Below, piece after piece: positions 61,050 through 64,000 of a stretch of DNA of 64,000 bases. The notes under the pieces were generated by a model. That model searched no databases, was not told the origin of the DNA, and saw only the letters and a program-made list of their open reading frames with translations. Position 1 is the stretch's first letter. Every line of letters begins with the position of its first letter. This DNA comes from an archaeon (GTDB lineage Archaea > Asgardarchaeota > Thorarchaeia > Thorarchaeales > Thorarchaeaceae). Where the stretch lies: assembly GCA_024276825.1 (NCBI GenBank), contig JAJRWI010000010.1, positions 156,535 to 220,534 on the forward strand. The letters run 5' to 3'. Position numbers and translations under genes: made by a program.

Positions 61050-61616
61050 TTGAATGATAAAGCCACAAATGAGGAGGAATGCCTGAAACAGATCGAGATG
61101 CGACTTGTAGAACGGTTTGAGCATATATCCGAGTCATTCGGCATAAGAGGATTAAAGGCAAGACTGCTGAGTGTCCTCTTCACTTCAGCTGGTGAACCGC
61201 GCTCGTTGACCGAACTCACCATCCTGTCCCATTTCTCCAAAGCGCAGGTCTCTAGGGCAATGAGAGAACTCATCCTTGAAATGCCTATGATTGAGGTTGT
61301 CAAAAAACCACAAGACCGAGAGAGGTACTATGTGATTCGCATTGATATCATGGACTTCATCACAGGGTTCATTTCTAAGACGATTTATGAGGAGGCAGAT
61401 CCCACAATCAAAGCCACTGGTGAGACCATCACAGAACTCAACCAGCTGATAAAGACTGTCAAAGACAAGCGTGTGAAAAGAAAAGCAGAGAGGCTTCTTT
61501 CCAGAGTCATAGAGGTCAACAGACAATACAAAAAGTATCTATGGATCTCTAAGAAACTTCTTTCCTATTTGGGCGAACTGAACATGCAATGGCAAAATGA
61601 ACATCTTGAGAATTAG
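61050..61616 (+). CDS. GbsR/MarR family regulator
   Basis: FG....ARL..VL....PRSL.EL....SKAQVSRAMREL...RERYY. Confidence 0.8.
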   Translation: MNDKATNEEECLKQIEMRLVERFEHISESFGIRGLKARLLSVLFTSAGEPRSLTELTILSHFSKAQVSRAMRELILEMPMIEVVKKPQDRERYYVIRIDIMDFITGFISKTIYEEADPTIKATGETITELNQLIKTVKDKRVKRKAERLLSRVIEVNRQYKKYLWISKKLLSYLGELNMQWQNEHLEN

Positions 61617-61631
61617 TGAATAGCAAGGTCA

Positions 61632-61664
61632 TAAAAACAAAAAGAGGAGAGAGGATCCCTCTCC
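61632..61664 (-). terminator. hairpin plus U-tract terminator
   Basis: Minus strand GGAGAG-GGATCCT-CTCTCC followed by TCTTTTTGTTTTT, just after the stop of the anchor remnant. Confidence 0.5.
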
Positions 61665-61665
61665 A

Positions 61666-61803
61666 TCACTTTCCACGTTTAGACTTGGCAACGACAATAA
61701 TTACCACTACAACTGCGGATACTATTCCAATCTGCATCAGTAATTCTAGGGAGAGAGTGGGTATTTCACTGCCAGTCCCGCCCGGAGTTGTTGCGGTTGT
61801 GTA
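61666..61803 (-). pseudogene. orphan 3' end of a surface-protein gene (Thr-rich linker plus TM anchor)
   Basis: YTTATTPGGTGSEIPTLSLELLMQIGIVSAVVVVIIVVAKSKRGK*, with no upstream start codon in frame. Confidence 0.65.
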
Positions 61804-61842
61804 ATAGAAGTTAATTGTTTCTACAATAGAAGTTAGTTGTTT
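61803..61842. repeat. 18-bp tandem direct repeat
   Basis: AATAGAAGTTAATTGTTT-CTAC-AATAGAAGTTAGTTGTTT. Confidence 0.8.
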
Positions 61843-61867
61843 ATGGGAATATCTAGTTCAGGTCGTG

Positions 61868-62074
61868 CTACTTCCAGAACTTCACATGAAAACATCTTCC
61901 ACATGATTTGCACCGAATCTCCAATTCAGTAGTCATCTTGACAAAAACGGCATCACAAAAATGAACATCAAAACGTGACCAATTTCTAATTGGGGGACTT
62001 ATCATATGTTCCGTGCCACATGCTGGACAAAGAATAACCAGTACATTTGGAGAGACAATTCCATGCAGTCCCAT
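61868..62074 (-). CDS. small zinc-ribbon protein
   Basis: CPACG ... CKSCG; GAGG RBS upstream. Confidence 0.55.
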   Translation of the reverse strand: MGLHGIVSPNVLVILCPACGTEHMISPPIRNWSRFDVHFCDAVFVKMTTELEIRCKSCGRCFHVKFWK

Positions 62075-62231
62075 ATCAGTCCAACCTCTTATTAATTGTA
62101 AAAAGGGGATATGTCTAATTAATTTTCTTATTCATTTGTAAATAATGGTACTGAAGTATCTTTGACAATATCTATAAGTGACCCATCCACCTCGCCACCT
62201 TAGTGGCTCAACAACCAGAGCTCAACAGAGG

Positions 62232-63479
62232 ATGTTCATCATGCACTTTGAAGAATCAGATGAAGAGAGAATGTTCAGAGAGGCTGTTCGTGAGTTCGCG
62301 CAGAGGTATGTCGCACCAGCCTGGCAGGACTATGACAAGAACCATGAGATCCCACGGAGTCTCATCAAGAAGATGGCTGAGATGCAACTCTGGGCACCCA
62401 CGGTCTCCGAGGAGTACGGCGGTGCTGGTATCTCCATGACCATGGCCTGTATTGCTGCAGAGGAACTGGCTAGGGCCGATCTGTCCATCGCTCTGCCCGT
62501 CATGTACCTCGTTGAGGCCTCATGGGCTTTGATCTTTGATATGTACGGCACTCATGAAGCCAAGAGTGAGATCCTTCCAAAGGTCTGTAGCGGTGACCTG
62601 TTCTTTGGAATCGCAACTACCGAGCCCACCGGCGGTTCAGATCTCGTCAATTCAACCAAGACCACCATCAAGCCCACCGACAATGGATATGTCATAAACG
62701 GTGAGAAGGTCTACATCAGCGGTGTCGCAGAGTCCGAAAAGTATGGCGGCGTCTACTGGACACTCGCCAAGTCCGACCCCAAGGGCGATCACAAGGCATT
62801 CAACGCCTTCATTCTCCCACTTAACATGGGCAACGGCCTGACTCCCGGCATCACTACCACACTCTTCGAGGACATGGGCAGAATGGGCGTTTCTACCGGC
62901 GGCTTCAACATTGAGAATGTCGAGATCCCCAAACATTACCTCATCGGTGAAGAGGGGCGTGGGTTCTATATGGCTATGGAAGGCTTCTCAGCAGCCAGAT
63001 GTATCATCGCAGCCACCTGTTTGGGAGCAGCGGAGGGAGCGTTTGATATCGGCGTGGATTACGTGAAACAGAGGAAGCAGTTTGGTCGTCCGTTGGCCGC
63101 CTTTGAGGGAATCATGTTCGAGGGAGTTGACTCATGGATGGCTCTGCAGGCGGACAAGTTGCTGACTTACAAGGCTGCTTGGATGTGGGACCAACACTAC
63201 ATCCACAAGAACCCCAACATCTCTAAATTAGACATCGCACAGGCGACTGCCGCTGCCAAGTACAAGGCCCCACATGACGCCCTTGACATCATCACCCGAG
63301 CGATGACTTGGCACGGTGCCTTCGGCTACACCAAGGAGTGTCCCCTTGAAGCATCATACCGCGGTGTCAGATCCTACACCGTCGGTGCTGAGGGTGGTGC
63401 GCATATCCAGAAATTGGTCATTGGAAGAGAGATATTTGGCAAGGAATGCCTGCCCTACAGACAAGATAAACAACTCTAG
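62232..63479 (+). CDS. acyl-CoA dehydrogenase
   Basis: EEYGGAG, EELAR, TEP.GGSD, INGEK.YIS, RKQFGRPL, HGAFGY, GAEG. Confidence 0.93.
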   Translation: MFIMHFEESDEERMFREAVREFAQRYVAPAWQDYDKNHEIPRSLIKKMAEMQLWAPTVSEEYGGAGISMTMACIAAEELARADLSIALPVMYLVEASWALIFDMYGTHEAKSEILPKVCSGDLFFGIATTEPTGGSDLVNSTKTTIKPTDNGYVINGEKVYISGVAESEKYGGVYWTLAKSDPKGDHKAFNAFILPLNMGNGLTPGITTTLFEDMGRMGVSTGGFNIENVEIPKHYLIGEEGRGFYMAMEGFSAARCIIAATCLGAAEGAFDIGVDYVKQRKQFGRPLAAFEGIMFEGVDSWMALQADKLLTYKAAWMWDQHYIHKNPNISKLDIAQATAAAKYKAPHDALDIITRAMTWHGAFGYTKECPLEASYRGVRSYTVGAEGGAHIQKLVIGREIFGKECLPYRQDKQL

Positions 63480-63491
63480 AGTTTTTGAAAT

Positions 63492-63514
63492 ATGAGAGGA
63501 CTCGATCCTCTCAT
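63492..63514 (+). terminator. hairpin downstream of the acyl-CoA dehydrogenase
   Basis: ATGAGAGGA-CTCGA-TCCTCTCAT followed by a T-rich tract. Confidence 0.45.
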
Positions 63515-64000
63515 TCCATTTCTTTAATGCCCAAGAGCGTTAGTGGTTATTTATCAGACTTTAATTCTGCAAGTGTTGCATCAATTAATTCGACTAATGG
63601 CTTGAGATTAGAAAGTTCATTTTCTAATTCAGTTATGAAATCAGGGATATTCAGGCTATATTCTTGTTCTAATAATTCAAAAGGAATACATCGGATAATT
63701 TCCAAGTAGTTATTATCCAAGTCAAGATGCGTAGTTTGAAACTCTTTGAGGGTAATAGGTACCCGTTGATCATCCTTGTAGAGAAATGAACTATAGTCAG
63801 GCAAATCGCCAAGTATTATGCTTGTTATTGATATTTGTCTAAGAATTCTAGATGAGCTTCAGCCTCCATTAGTCGCTTAGGAAAATCACTTCTTGATATA
63901 AGAGTAGGATACTCGAATTTCAACAAATCATGTAGTTGCTGCTTTGATGTTATGAGTTTATCACGAACTCTTGGATATTGCATACATATTTTCGGACCAA

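Noticed and set aside
299-63709. Numerous short antisense or overlapping ORFs in the six-frame track
   Set aside because: They are shadows of well-supported genes and lack motifs or ribosome-binding sites.
1-64000. Genome-wide TAG reassignment to pyrrolysine
   Set aside because: Many conserved genes end at TAG exactly at the expected C-terminus or directly before the next gene (e.g. 1660, 21475, 47552, 63479). Only one clear internal TAG was seen.
63547-64000. AT-rich, possibly frameshifted ORF at the window end
   Set aside because: Two open segments in different frames with no recognisable motif, truncated by the window edge.

Overview
Archaeal chromosomal window. Evidence: PriL, MfnA, DUF763, archaeal-type MoaA, a TrmB-like regulator and GGAGG/GGTGA ribosome-binding sites. 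The gene content and the many C-terminally anchored surface proteins resemble Asgard archaea (Thorarchaeia-like); this is inference only. Core content: ECF-S/hypB, a PadR-FAD oxidoreductase-FeS-FAD oxidoreductase-SCP2 operon, mfnA, tRNA-His, two MacB/FtsX-type ABC systems, two M28-like/TSP3-repeat surface proteins, ogg, priL, a tupABC-moaA-moaE/C-moaB-moeA tungsten/molybdenum cofactor cluster, and an acyl-CoA dehydrogenase. The most interesting signal is a nested mobile-element system. One internally deleted IS607 (5' tnpA joined to the 3' tip of tnpB, 9724-10293) and three 150-190 bp non-coding derivatives with the same ends lie at 16265-17976, 20190-20341 and 54960-55147. An intact IS110 is inserted in the left-end repeat of one derivative. 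Its non-coding leader folds into a two-loop bridge-RNA-like structure whose guide segments match that IS607-end target and the IS110's own circle junction. Next to it is a candidate polymorphic-toxin-like locus: a caspase/CHAT-type His-Cys domain fused to a hydrophobic C-terminus, a small membrane partner, and a truncated paralog. All family calls come from motif reading only; no searches or folding programs were run.
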